A stretch of DNA of 64,000 nt, from positions 572,314 through 636,313 of the forward strand of contig CAZGEO010000001.1 of the NCBI GenBank assembly GCA_964525295.1, written 5' to 3'. Shown here one piece after another: positions 1 to 9,513 of the stretch. The notes beneath the pieces were generated by a model. The model worked only from the letters and a program-made list of their open reading frames with translations. It searched no databases and had not been told where the DNA came from. Position numbers and translations under genes: made by a program. How positions within the stretch are numbered: the stretch's first letter is position 1; the number at the start of each line of letters is the position of its first letter. The DNA comes from an uncultured Candidatus Saccharibacteria bacterium (GTDB lineage: Bacteria > Patescibacteriota > Dojkabacteria > GCA-002793355).

Positions 1-310
1 AAAGAGCAGTAAGCATGTTATGGTTGTTGTTCCTGGAGATAAAAAACTCGATATGCGGGCAGTATCTGAAAAGGTCGGTGAAAAAGTTGAATTTGAAAAA
101 CCTGAAGCTATTCTCGATACTTACGGTATTATGGTCGGTGGCGTGCCTCCATTCGGTAACGTTCTCGGAATGCGAGTGTTGCTAGATGAAAATGTTGCCA
201 ATAATCCAAAAGTTTCGTTTAATGCAGGAATGCGAACGTGCTCGATTTCGATGAATGGTGCAGATCTTGCCGAGGCAAATGAGGGAGAAATTGGGAAATT
301 TAGTGCCTAG
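1..310 (+). CDS. YbaK/ProX-like aminoacyl-tRNA deacylase, C-terminal fragment (5' end outside window)
   Basis: ORF runs off the window start. C-terminal motifs (GGVPPFG...VSFNAG) resemble the YbaK/ProX deacylase fold. Annotated from frame continuity, not from the ATG at 20. Confidence 0.45.
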   Translation, partial: KSSKHVMVVVPGDKKLDMRAVSEKVGEKVEFEKPEAILDTYGIMVGGVPPFGNVLGMRVLLDENVANNPKVSFNAGMRTCSISMNGADLAEANEGEIGKFSA

Positions 311-312
311 TA

Positions 313-384
313 AGTAAAGCGATAAAGCATTAAAGTGGTAATGAGATAAAGCAGTAAACTACTAAACTATCAAAGTACTAATGG
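313..384. repeat. Tandem array of about nine degenerate octamers (NNTAAAGY: AGTAAAGC GATAAAGC ATTAAAGT ...)
   Basis: Direct reading: TAAAG/TAAAC recurs with 8-nt period in the intergenic region between convergent genes. Confidence 0.5.
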
Positions 385-467
385 GGAAGAGTGATAAAAA
401 GTTTTCACTTTTGAATAATTGAAAATTGGCAATTGAAAATTAATAATTAATAATTAATGACTGTTGC

Positions 468-1439
468 TTATCGGCAATTCCATTCTCGCGTAGCATCTTG
501 GTAATTGCAGACGATAGAGCCAACACCGTTTCTGATATTCCAACTTTTTTGTTCGCCATTTATGGTTGCTTTTGTGGCGTTTGGTTTTCCTGTAGTGATT
601 TCGTACATTTTGGTCGCGGTATATGTTTGCGAGAAGTCTTCTTTGATACCAACTGCTTTTTGTGTGCTATCTACGACAACTTGAATCCAGGCTTCTCCGC
701 TCACATCGAGCTTTATTGTTGCTTCTTTGCCTTGTGGAGCAGTTGGAACCGTAGATTGTTGAACGCCATTTTGCGTAGATTGTGTTACTTGAACTCCTCC
801 TTGTGGTGCGTACGTCGCAGTTATTAATTTTTCTGTTTTACGACTTTCGATATTCTTCTTCCAAACAACAAATTTGAATGTGTTAGCACCTTCTTTGAGG
901 TCTAAAAGAATGCTGAAAGTATTGTCATCTTTGAGTTGTACTTGTTTATCATTGACAGTCACAATGGTATTGGCCTCAGTAAATCCTTTAATTTCTAGGG
1001 TAGGTTTGTCAACTGTTACTGCCGATTCTTGCGGAGAGGAGATTGTAAAAGAAGGAGCTTGTTGTAATTTATAGAATTGAAAGAACAAATAGCCGAAGAG
1101 ACCGATGAAGAAAACGATAAGCGCGCCTGACATGATCATTGCAGGAGAAATTATGGTACTTTCGGTTTTGATGGGAGAATTTTTTGCTTTGAGGGGAACA
1201 TCTTCTTCTCCTATTTGTCGACGAAAAAGAGCTACGATATTTTCAGCATCTAATCCAAGGTATGATGCGTAACTGCGAATGAATCCTTTAACAAAAGCAG
1301 AGGAATTAAAGCCTGAAAAATCATTACGTTCGATCTTTTCGAGATAATCGGGTTTAATCTTAGTGATCTGTGCTGCTTCCTCGATCTTTTTACCTGCGTG
1401 TTCTCGGGCTTTTTTTAGTAAATTCCCAACTGTTAACAT
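468..1439 (-). CDS. rodZ: RodZ-like cytoskeleton/membrane protein
   Basis: N-terminal XRE-type HTH (LTVGNLLKKAREHAGKKIEEAAQITKIKPDYLEKIE), a single TM segment, and a Q/T-rich C-terminal domain typical of RodZ (HTH_25 + DUF4115). Confidence 0.55.
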   Translation of the reverse strand: MLTVGNLLKKAREHAGKKIEEAAQITKIKPDYLEKIERNDFSGFNSSAFVKGFIRSYASYLGLDAENIVALFRRQIGEEDVPLKAKNSPIKTESTIISPAMIMSGALIVFFIGLFGYLFFQFYKLQQAPSFTISSPQESAVTVDKPTLEIKGFTEANTIVTVNDKQVQLKDDNTFSILLDLKEGANTFKFVVWKKNIESRKTEKLITATYAPQGGVQVTQSTQNGVQQSTVPTAPQGKEATIKLDVSGEAWIQVVVDSTQKAVGIKEDFSQTYTATKMYEITTGKPNATKATINGEQKSWNIRNGVGSIVCNYQDATREWNCR

Positions 1440-1553
1440 GAGTAATTCTCAATTTTTAATTATCAATCTCTATTGACAATTATATATCAAGTACCTACTG
1501 ACTACTAAATGTAGCTCAGTAACGAAATCACAAAATATCTAGTATGATAGCGG

Positions 1554-2726
1554 ATGTCCTCTTTTAAACTTTCACCAGACCAAAAGAAAGTGCTTGATGC
1601 GTTAATGGCCTGGAATACTGAATCAATGCGTGCACCGTATATTACTGTTGGTGGTTATGCAGGTACAGGAAAGACTACGGTAATTGCGGAGTTTAGGAAT
1701 GAATTGACAAAATTGTCAGAAGCAACAAAGATTGCATTTTGTAGCTACACGGGTAAAGCTGCAAGAGTATTGCAAAACAGATTGAAAAAGCATGACGCAT
1801 TACGAATTGTTGATACCGTAGGCACAATTCACTCTTTAATGTATTCTCCGGTTGAAAATGATAAAGAAGAGATTGTCGGCTGGGAGAAGAGAAAAGAAAT
1901 AAAAGCTGATCTTATCGTTGTTGACGAAGCGTCAATGGTTGATGAGTTCATCTGGAATGATTTGTTGTCATACGGAATTCCGATTGTTGCGGTCGGTGAT
2001 CACGGTCAACTGCCTCCCGTGCGAGGTTCATTCAATTTGATGCAAGAACCTCACGTAAAACTTGAGAAGATTCACCGTCAAAGTGAAGGAAATCCAATTA
2101 TTATGGTATCGCTTTTGGCTAGAACTGATGGCGTAATTCCTATGGGAAAATTTGGAGACAAGGTTAGAAAAGTAAATCGCTATGATCCAGAATCTCGTGA
2201 ACAAATAGGAACACTACTCGAAAGTTACAACCAAGAAACAATGTTTTTATGTGGATATAATAAAACGCGAGTAGATTTGAATAAATATATACGAAAGATG
2301 CGCGGTTTTGAAACCGAGTTTCCAAAACCGCGCGACAGAGTTATCTGTTTGCGAAATAATCATACAGCGCAAATATTTAACGGTATGTTGGGAACAATAG
2401 AAACGATTGAAATGAGGGGTGACGGCAATTATTTTGCAGAAATCGCATTAGATGGAGAAGACTATCCATTTAGAGGAGATATTCTTGCCGACCAATTTAA
2501 TGCACCTGCAGGGTTAAATTTCACCTCGAATCGAGCAATAACTAGGCAATTTGATTTGTTTGATTTTGGGTATGCACTAACGGTGCATAAAGCGCAAGGA
2601 AGTCAGTCACGACGAGTTATTCTTTTTGAAGAACGTTTTGCAAAAATGAATGATGATGAATGGCGAAGATGGTTGTATACTGGGGTGACTCGCGCAGAAG
2701 ATGAACTGATAATTGTAGGAACCTAG
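1554..2726 (+). CDS. RecD/PIF1/Dda-like ATP-dependent DNA helicase (superfamily 1)
   Basis: Walker A GYAGTGKTT, DEASMV (Walker B), VGDHGQLPPV, and C-terminal ALTVHKAQGSQ motif of RecD-like helicases. Confidence 0.7.
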   Translation: MSSFKLSPDQKKVLDALMAWNTESMRAPYITVGGYAGTGKTTVIAEFRNELTKLSEATKIAFCSYTGKAARVLQNRLKKHDALRIVDTVGTIHSLMYSPVENDKEEIVGWEKRKEIKADLIVVDEASMVDEFIWNDLLSYGIPIVAVGDHGQLPPVRGSFNLMQEPHVKLEKIHRQSEGNPIIMVSLLARTDGVIPMGKFGDKVRKVNRYDPESREQIGTLLESYNQETMFLCGYNKTRVDLNKYIRKMRGFETEFPKPRDRVICLRNNHTAQIFNGMLGTIETIEMRGDGNYFAEIALDGEDYPFRGDILADQFNAPAGLNFTSNRAITRQFDLFDFGYALTVHKAQGSQSRRVILFEERFAKMNDDEWRRWLYTGVTRAEDELIIVGT

Positions 2727-2774
2727 CTTTTGTTCGTTTGCAGAATTTCTGCTATACATGAAGTGACTTAGTTA

Positions 2775-3371
2775 ATGAAAATTTTCATGACATTGTTGTA
2801 CTCTTTTTTCTGGCTTCTTTTTTGGGAAACAATTCAAAATATCCCTTCTGTTGTAGGTGTGGTCTTCACAATAAAGTCGTGGAAAAGTGAAAACAAATGG
2901 TTAAAATTCATAATCCCGCTACTTGGGGGAATTGGCACCGTGATAATGCTCGGCGTTTTTGAAAATATTAAACTGCAGGTGACTACGTTGCCTGCAGAAA
3001 GTGTCAACAATATGGGAAGTATCGCAATTGGCGTGGTAACTTTTACGATATTTATTTTACTTGCTGGCTGGTATTACAGCTCAACATGGAGTAGTACCAA
3101 AAGTGATGTTATTTTTGGTGTATCTGTAGCGTTGCTATTAACTGCACTTGAGGTATGGGCGAATGTTGTTAAAGGTGATCATGCTGTAAACAGTTATGCT
3201 CGCGTTTTTGCTCATACAATATCATTTTTACTCGCTTTTCCTGCTACTGTAGTTGTAATTCGTAAAGCTTCACAGGTTTCTGGCGGTATGCTTGCAATTT
3301 GGACTTTGGCTGCATTACTGTTGATGAGTGGAATTATTGTTGCAATCGATTATCTTCCCTTTGTTCGTTAA
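2775..3371 (+). CDS. Hypothetical polytopic membrane protein
   Basis: Five to six hydrophobic segments; no recognisable catalytic motif. Confidence 0.4.
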   Translation: MKIFMTLLYSFFWLLFWETIQNIPSVVGVVFTIKSWKSENKWLKFIIPLLGGIGTVIMLGVFENIKLQVTTLPAESVNNMGSIAIGVVTFTIFILLAGWYYSSTWSSTKSDVIFGVSVALLLTALEVWANVVKGDHAVNSYARVFAHTISFLLAFPATVVVIRKASQVSGGMLAIWTLAALLLMSGIIVAIDYLPFVR

Positions 3372-3372
3372 C

Positions 3373-3401
3373 CTGCAAAGAACTGGAATTCTTGGTATAA
3401 T
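3373..3401 (+). promoter_or_regulatory. uvrB promoter (extended -10 TGGTATAAT) with GAAC-N4-ATTC dyad in the spacer (possible Cheo-like SOS box)
   Basis: TGGTATAAT at 3393-3401; GAACTGGAATTC at 3380-3391 resembles GAAC-N4-GTTC with one mismatch. Confidence 0.3.
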
Positions 3402-3406
3402 CGAAG

Positions 3407-5464
3407 ATGCGTTTTCAACTATCTTCCCAGTACAAACCAATGGGCGATCAGCCCCAAGCTATCGATAAATTGGTATCAGGTATACAGAATGGTCATAAAG
3501 ATCAAGTTCTGTTAGGGGTTACCGGTAGTGGAAAAACGTTTACGGTTGCGAATGTTATTGAAAGAATCCAAAAGCCGACGTTGATTATTTCACACAACAA
3601 AACACTTGCTGCCCAACTGTATCAGGAATTCAAAGAATTTTTTCCGAAAAACGCGGTGCAATATTTCGTTAGTTACTACGATTATTATCAGCCTGAAGCG
3701 TATATTCCACAGCGAGATCTATATATCGAAAAAGATGCCGATATTAACGAAGAAATTGATAAACTCCGTTTAGCGACTTCAACTGCACTTATGACACGTA
3801 AAGATGTTATCGTAATTGCGTCAGTATCAGCGATTTACAACATCGGTTCACCACAAACTTATAAAAATGCGATGGTTTTGGTCGAAAAAGGCAAAGGTGA
3901 AGGCATGCAGAAGTTACAGGTGGGACTGCTTGGTCTTTATTATGAAAGAAACGAAATTGATTTCAAGCGTGGTACTTTCAGAGTTCGTGGGAATGCTATA
4001 GATATTCATGTTTCTTATGCCGATCTAGGCGTTCGAGTCATATTTAATGGTGATATTGTCGCTAGCATGGAACTTTTCAATCCGGTGGATGGATCACCAA
4101 TTACCGATTACGATTATTACATTGACATACTTGTTGAGACCGAAGGTCAGACAATTGAAAAGGTCGTTCTTTACCCATCTAAGCATTATGTTATGGATCC
4201 GGCAGCTCAAGATGAAGCCGTTAAAAGAATTGAAGAAGATACGGTAAAGCGAGTTAAAGAGCTCGAAGCGCAAGGTAAAATGATTGAAGCACATAGATTA
4301 ACGCAGAAAGTTAAATACGACATGGAAATGATCCGAGAGATCGGTTACTGTAAAGGAATCGAAAACTACTCGTATTACTTTGACGGTCGTAAACTTGGCG
4401 AGCCACCTTATTCTTTAATGGATTACTTTCCAAAAGATGATTATTTGCTTATTATCGATGAATCACACATTACGATTCCGCAAGTGCGCGGAATGTTTAA
4501 CGGAGATCAAGCCCGAAAAGAAACATTAGTTGAGTATGGTTTCAGACTGCCAACGGCAAAAGAGAATAGACCTCTCCGATTCTCTGAGTTTGAAGAGAGA
4601 ATGGGAAACACTTTGTATCTTTCGGCAACTCCAGAAGAATATGAACTTAAAAAGGCAGGTAAAGAGAATATTGCAGAGCAATTGATTAGGCCAACTGGTT
4701 TGGTTGATCCAATCGTTGAAGTTCGACCAGTTGAAAATCAGATTCAAGATCTCGTTGGCGAAATTAAGAAAACAGTTGAAAAAGGAGAACGCGTGTTAGT
4801 TACCACCTTAACAAAGCGAATGGCCGAAGATTTGTCGCAGTATTTGAAAGATGGTGGCGTGCGAGTTACATACCTACACTCGGATATCGATACGATGGAT
4901 AGAACCGATATTTTGGCCGATTTGCGCGCTGGGAATTATGACGTTTTAGTTGGTATTAATCTGCTTCGTGAAGGGCTCGATTTGCCAGAAGTGTCGTTAG
5001 TTGCGATTCTTGATGCAGATAAAGAAGGATTTCTTCGCTCGCGAACTAGTTTAATTCAAACAATGGGTCGTGCTGCTCGTCATGTAAATGGTCATGTGAT
5101 TTTGTATGCAGACAAAAAAACTCACAGCATGCAAGAAGCCTTGTTCGAGGTAGAGCGCCGTCGAAAAATTCAGTTGGAATATAACGAAGCTCATGGAATT
5201 ACCCCGGCTTCTATTCAAAAGGCAATTCGACAGCGAATTTTGCCAAAGCAAGTCGAAGATACTGATGAAGCCCGTGAGAAGAGAATTCATACAGTATTGG
5301 GTAAAGACGTTGAAATCATGATCGCCTCGTACAGAACTATGCCTAGAAAAGAGCAAAAAGAGACTATCGATTGGCTCAATAAAGAGATGAAAAAAGAAGC
5401 GTTAGCGCTCAACTTTGAGAAAGCAATAGAATTGAGAGAGTTGATAAAGACGCTGAAGGAATAG
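3407..5464 (+). CDS. uvrB: Excinuclease ABC subunit B
   Basis: GVTGSGKT Walker A, YYDYYQPEAY beta-hairpin region, helicase motifs, C-terminal UVR domain (ALNFEKAIELRELI). Confidence 0.95.
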   Translation: MRFQLSSQYKPMGDQPQAIDKLVSGIQNGHKDQVLLGVTGSGKTFTVANVIERIQKPTLIISHNKTLAAQLYQEFKEFFPKNAVQYFVSYYDYYQPEAYIPQRDLYIEKDADINEEIDKLRLATSTALMTRKDVIVIASVSAIYNIGSPQTYKNAMVLVEKGKGEGMQKLQVGLLGLYYERNEIDFKRGTFRVRGNAIDIHVSYADLGVRVIFNGDIVASMELFNPVDGSPITDYDYYIDILVETEGQTIEKVVLYPSKHYVMDPAAQDEAVKRIEEDTVKRVKELEAQGKMIEAHRLTQKVKYDMEMIREIGYCKGIENYSYYFDGRKLGEPPYSLMDYFPKDDYLLIIDESHITIPQVRGMFNGDQARKETLVEYGFRLPTAKENRPLRFSEFEERMGNTLYLSATPEEYELKKAGKENIAEQLIRPTGLVDPIVEVRPVENQIQDLVGEIKKTVEKGERVLVTTLTKRMAEDLSQYLKDGGVRVTYLHSDIDTMDRTDILADLRAGNYDVLVGINLLREGLDLPEVSLVAILDADKEGFLRSRTSLIQTMGRAARHVNGHVILYADKKTHSMQEALFEVERRRKIQLEYNEAHGITPASIQKAIRQRILPKQVEDTDEAREKRIHTVLGKDVEIMIASYRTMPRKEQKETIDWLNKEMKKEALALNFEKAIELRELIKTLKE

Positions 5465-5551
5465 AGTAAGGCGCAAAAGTGTTTATTCGAGAAATCAATC
5501 AAAGAACTAGGTCGTTTGGCAGTAGTCGTATTTGCTTTATTTTTCGGTAAT

Positions 5552-5768
5552 TGTATAATTATGTAATGCGTTGACGACGAATTACACGTCTGAGCAGAGG
5601 GAAGAAATCGCTAAAACATGAAAATGCAGGCGAAAGTAGAACCCTCCGGGTAAGCCCGAAAAAGCTGTAAAAAGCGCTTGCGCACTCTATTTTCAGAGTG
5701 ATGCAGGCGGAAGCAAGGTGGTACCGCGTAACCATCGCCCTTGCCAGCATAATTTTTATGTTCTGGCG
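5552..5768 (+). promoter_or_regulatory. T-box riboswitch leader (putative Tyr specifier UAC) with intrinsic terminator, upstream of tyrS
   Basis: TGTATAAT -10 at 5552-5559. UAC at 5583-5585 in a GAAUUACACG context. Conserved T-box 14-mer AAGGUGGUACCGCG at 5715-5728. Terminator hairpin GCAAGGUGGU...ACCAUCGCCCUUGC followed by an AUAAUUUUUAU U-run (5751-5758). Confidence 0.6.
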
Positions 5769-7103
5769 ATGACAACTCAAGAAAAAGTTGAACTTATCAA
5801 ATCAATTGCTGAAGGTGGTGGTGATTTAGTCGGTGTAGATGAATTACCCGCCCTTCTCGAGTCAGGTGAAAAACTGTACACCTACGATGGATTTGAGCCT
5901 TCTGGGCAAATGCACATCTCGCAGGGCATAATGCGCGCGATCAATGTTAACAAGATGATTCAGGCCGGTTTTACCTTCAGGATGTGGGTTGCAGACTGGT
6001 TTGGTTATTTGAATAACAAAATGGGTGGTGATTTAGAAAAGATTAAGACCGTGGGTCGCTATTTTATCGAAATTTGGCGTGCAAGCGGTATGGATTTAGA
6101 GCATACTGAATTTTTGTGGACTTCGGATGCGGTGAAAGATCCCTCGTACTGGGAAACTGTTATGCGTGTTGCGAAGTCGATTACGTTGAAACGTGCTATT
6201 CGAACGACTCAGATTATGGGAAGAAATGAGAGTGATGATTTATCCGCAGGTATGATTTTTTACCCTTGTATGCAGGTTACTGATATTTTCCACGTTATGA
6301 AAGCGCAAGTAACGCAACTTGGGTTAGATCAGCAGAAAGCGAATATACTGGCCCGCGAAGTCGGCGAAGAATTGGGATATTGGAAGCCAGTCATCGTAAG
6401 TCATGGAATGTTACAGGGGTTACAGAAACCAGTGGAGAAAAAAGTTAGTTCATTAGCCTTAGGAAATCTAAGTAATGGTGATTTACTCTACGATGGAGAA
6501 AAGGCACAGGTTTATGTAACCTGGAAAGAACCGTTTACTGTAGCATTTGTAGTGAATGGTCAAACGCCTCGTTCCGTTGAACTTGAAGTGGGTAAAGCTG
6601 AGAAGTATTTTGATATCGAGTTAACACTTCGCATTGACGATACCCTAGAAGTCGCTGAAAACACCGAGGCACGCAAACTCTCTATGAAAATGAGCAAGTC
6701 AATGCCTGAATCCTCGATCTTTATGACTGATACTCCTGACCAAGTCGTACAAAAAATTCGCAAGGCGTATTGCCCTGAAGGAATCGTCGAAGATAACCCA
6801 ATTTTGGCGTATTGTAAGTATATTATCTTCAACGCACACTTTTTGAAGCGAAAAACACCGCTACTAACTGATGGAAAATTCGTAGTGAAGCGACCTGAAA
6901 AATTCGGTGGTGATGTCGTTTACTCGAATTATGAGGAGCTGGAAAGGTCATATGTCGCAAAGGAATTGTTCCCGTTAGACCTCAAAAATGCAGTGGTTGA
7001 GTATTTGAATGAGCTCATTCGCCCTGTTCGTGAACATTTCGAGAATAATGTCGAAGCTAAGGCAATTCTTGAGAAGGTACAGAGCTATCAGGTGACAAGA
7101 TAG
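5769..7103 (+). CDS. tyrS: Tyrosyl-tRNA synthetase, archaeal/eukaryal type with an internal insertion
   Basis: GFEPSGQMHISQG (HIGH-region variant), VADWFGYLNNK, KMSKS. The C-terminal half (KAYCPEGIVEDNPI...KRPEKFGGDVVYSNYEELE...LDLKNAV) matches Methanocaldococcus-type TyrRS closely. Start placed at the ATG after the T-box terminator rather than the ORF-track start at 5718. Confidence 0.8.
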   Translation: MTTQEKVELIKSIAEGGGDLVGVDELPALLESGEKLYTYDGFEPSGQMHISQGIMRAINVNKMIQAGFTFRMWVADWFGYLNNKMGGDLEKIKTVGRYFIEIWRASGMDLEHTEFLWTSDAVKDPSYWETVMRVAKSITLKRAIRTTQIMGRNESDDLSAGMIFYPCMQVTDIFHVMKAQVTQLGLDQQKANILAREVGEELGYWKPVIVSHGMLQGLQKPVEKKVSSLALGNLSNGDLLYDGEKAQVYVTWKEPFTVAFVVNGQTPRSVELEVGKAEKYFDIELTLRIDDTLEVAENTEARKLSMKMSKSMPESSIFMTDTPDQVVQKIRKAYCPEGIVEDNPILAYCKYIIFNAHFLKRKTPLLTDGKFVVKRPEKFGGDVVYSNYEELERSYVAKELFPLDLKNAVVEYLNELIRPVREHFENNVEAKAILEKVQSYQVTR

Positions 7104-7180
7104 TTTCACGAACTAAGAGACGATTCTGTTCCACAATGTAGGCTTAGTTGTGGATAACTAAATTGAATCGGGAAGATATA

Positions 7181-7927
7181 ATGCAAACTTTCGGCGTTTT
7201 TGGTCACGGACGATTTGGCTCGTTATGGGCAGAACTTCTTACGCGCTTCGGTGAAGTATATGTGTATGAACCATTACCTAAAAAGCGAGTTGATCATAAT
7301 GAACGGCTTCATTTTTGTGAATCACCTCAAGAAATATTTGCTTCTGCGAATATAATTTTTTACGCCGTTCCAATTTCACTTTTTGAAGAAATTGTTCGTG
7401 AACATGCGTCATTAATGAACAATCTGCACGTCATTTATGATTTGCTGTCAGTTAAACTACATGCAAAAAAAGTCTTTGATTCATTTTTACCAGAAGGCGT
7501 TGAAGCAGGGTTACTGCATCCAATGTTTGGGCCAGATAGTGCAAAAGCGCACGGCGTACCTGGGCTCCCAATTGTTGTGGATAAGTATCGGCTTACGTCG
7601 GCAAATTATGAAAAAATGATTGGTATATTTTCACAATTGCAGTTAAAAGTGATTGAACTCACTGCTGATGAGCATGATCGTTTGGCAGCACGATCTCAAG
7701 GAGTTGCCCACTTTATCGGAAGAGTTCTTGCTGAATTCGGTTTCGAATCTACGGAAATCGATACCATGGGAGCGAAGAAGCTAAATGAGATTACGGAACA
7801 GACCTGTAACGATACCTGGCAGCTTTTTACTGATTTGCAGACAAAAAATCCGTATACCGAAAAAATGCGAAAAGACCTGCAAAAAGCATTTGAAAAAGTT
7901 ACAGAAAAGATTACAACGGCCCCATAA
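7181..7927 (+). CDS. tyrA: Prephenate/arogenate dehydrogenase
   Basis: N-terminal NAD-binding GVFGHGRFGS, then a TyrA-like catalytic region (HPMFGP). Start chosen at MQTFGVFG with GGGAAG RBS; the ORF track starts 33 nt earlier. Confidence 0.7.
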   Translation: MQTFGVFGHGRFGSLWAELLTRFGEVYVYEPLPKKRVDHNERLHFCESPQEIFASANIIFYAVPISLFEEIVREHASLMNNLHVIYDLLSVKLHAKKVFDSFLPEGVEAGLLHPMFGPDSAKAHGVPGLPIVVDKYRLTSANYEKMIGIFSQLQLKVIELTADEHDRLAARSQGVAHFIGRVLAEFGFESTEIDTMGAKKLNEITEQTCNDTWQLFTDLQTKNPYTEKMRKDLQKAFEKVTEKITTAP

Positions 7928-8306
7928 ATTGCAAGCAATTCTTGTCAGGATCAAGAATTGTTAGCGCATAACGTGTTTCGCCTGGAACAAATTCGTTCAT
8001 TGCAAAAATGTCAGCCACAATTTCTGTTCGGGGATCATTTTTTACTTTGACCGCGACATCTTGAACCGAATCTACGTAGATATTCAGCATCGTTCGCAGG
8101 GATTCCTTATTTTGCCCGTGAATTTCAGAGTGATTCGCCAGCCAAATTTCATACCCTGGTGCGACTTCTACGGTATAGCCGTAATCTTTGGGAAGTTCGA
8201 GCTTTTTAAGTATTTTGAAGCCTAGTGTTTCAGTATAGAAAGTGATTAGTTTCTCTACATCTTCTGTAAAAATGAAAGCCTTAAACTTTTGATAGGTCAT
8301 AATCAT
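7911..8306 (-). CDS. VOC/glyoxalase-bleomycin resistance family protein
   Basis: About 130 aa with the paired beta-alpha-beta-beta-beta signature (FYTETLGF..., EVAPGYEIWL). Confidence 0.6.
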   Translation of the reverse strand: MIMTYQKFKAFIFTEDVEKLITFYTETLGFKILKKLELPKDYGYTVEVAPGYEIWLANHSEIHGQNKESLRTMLNIYVDSVQDVAVKVKNDPRTEIVADIFAMNEFVPGETRYALTILDPDKNCLQFMGPL

Positions 8307-8368
8307 AATTGTAGCTTAGGTAGTCTCTCTTTCCTAGATTTTAACAGAAAAGGCGGTATCATCAACGT

Positions 8369-9085
8369 ATGAATCTAGAAAATCAAACTCAGAAAGACAT
8401 TTTGCGTCACATGATGTGGGTAAGTGAAATCAAATATAGTGATCTGCATAAACATTTCGAAAAACACGAGCTCTTTAATTATCACCTGCGTGAATTAGTT
8501 GCACAAGGGTATCTTGAAAAAACGGGCAGTATGTATAAATTAACGCAAACAGGGCGTCAAAAAGTATCATTTATGGATGAAGACGGTTCGGTTCAGCAAC
8601 AATTCAAGGTAAGCATGGCTGCGTGGGTCGTTCGTGAACATGAGGGGCATTGGGAAACCATTATGTTTACACGAAAAAAACATCCACAATTGGGGTGGAA
8701 ATCGATTATAACAGGGAAAATGAAATATGGTGAACCAATTGAAGATTGCTTGAAACGAGAACTTCAAGAGGAAGTTAACATTATTCCAACGAAATATTCA
8801 CTTATCGATGTTTCGCGTGTGTTTGTAAAAGATGAAAAGGGCGAGCTTCGTAACGATCTTATACTCTTCAGTTACGTTGTTACCGAGTGGCAAAATGAGC
8901 CGGTATTAACCGGAATTGAAGGGGAATACTTCTGGCAAAAGATTGATACCTTTGAAAAAGAGGTATCTCCAACCTTTGAATTCGGCTACAGCTTTTGGTT
9001 GCAAGGGATTCGAAAGTATTTGAAATCTCCGACTACGTATACGCCTGTTGTTTGGCATATTAACCCCGATAGAATGGCGTATTGA
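8369..9085 (+). CDS. Winged-HTH / NUDIX hydrolase fusion protein (paralog of 36628..37338)
   Basis: N-terminal wHTH (LFNYHLRELVAQGYLEK). Nudix box GKMKYGEPIEDCLKRELQEEVNI. Confidence 0.7.
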   Translation: MNLENQTQKDILRHMMWVSEIKYSDLHKHFEKHELFNYHLRELVAQGYLEKTGSMYKLTQTGRQKVSFMDEDGSVQQQFKVSMAAWVVREHEGHWETIMFTRKKHPQLGWKSIITGKMKYGEPIEDCLKRELQEEVNIIPTKYSLIDVSRVFVKDEKGELRNDLILFSYVVTEWQNEPVLTGIEGEYFWQKIDTFEKEVSPTFEFGYSFWLQGIRKYLKSPTTYTPVVWHINPDRMAY

Positions 9086-9089
9086 GCAT

Positions 9090-9494
9090 TTAGTTGATTA
9101 ATACCGAATTGGCCTTCATCTCACCGCGATAGTTCATTTCGATGAGTAATGCGCAGAATTTGTTAGAAATCACTTTGTATTCAATTACTGTTTCGATCGA
9201 ATCACCACCCATGAGACCGTTACTCAAATCATTACTCTTTCTAGCGGTTTCTTCGATACAGGTCGATTCGACGAGGCGTGCTTCGACAAATGACAGGCCA
9301 ATAGAAGGCTTTTCGTAAATTTTTACGGTAAGTGTATCATTGACGCGCGCATCAATTCGCGTACTTCCTGTTGATAGTTTTGACCAGTCTACAATATGAT
9401 TTTGCGCAGGTTTATTGTAATGAAATGTAAACAATGCGCCGATTGCTAATAATATGATCGCAATGATGACAAGTGGCAATTTTGTGAATTTCAT
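9090..9494 (-). CDS. Hypothetical small exported/membrane-anchored protein (Cys-containing)
   Basis: N-terminal hydrophobic anchor (LPLVIIAIILLAIGALF). Last gene in the ABC-2 operon. Confidence 0.4.
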   Translation of the reverse strand: MKFTKLPLVIIAIILLAIGALFTFHYNKPAQNHIVDWSKLSTGSTRIDARVNDTLTVKIYEKPSIGLSFVEARLVESTCIEETARKSNDLSNGLMGGDSIETVIEYKVISNKFCALLIEMNYRGEMKANSVLIN

Positions 9495-9513
9495 TATTAA
9501 TTTTATAGCAAAT

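Noticed and set aside
498-1074. Plus-strand ORFs (109 and 66 aa) inside the rodZ-like gene
   Set aside because: Antisense to a well-supported longer gene; Cys/Phe-rich composition typical of out-of-frame translation.
1506-1560. tRNA-like TAGCTCAGT D-arm motif upstream of the helicase gene
   Set aside because: No acceptor stem, anticodon arm or T-arm (GTTCGA) can be formed. Just a chance 9-mer in a promoter region.
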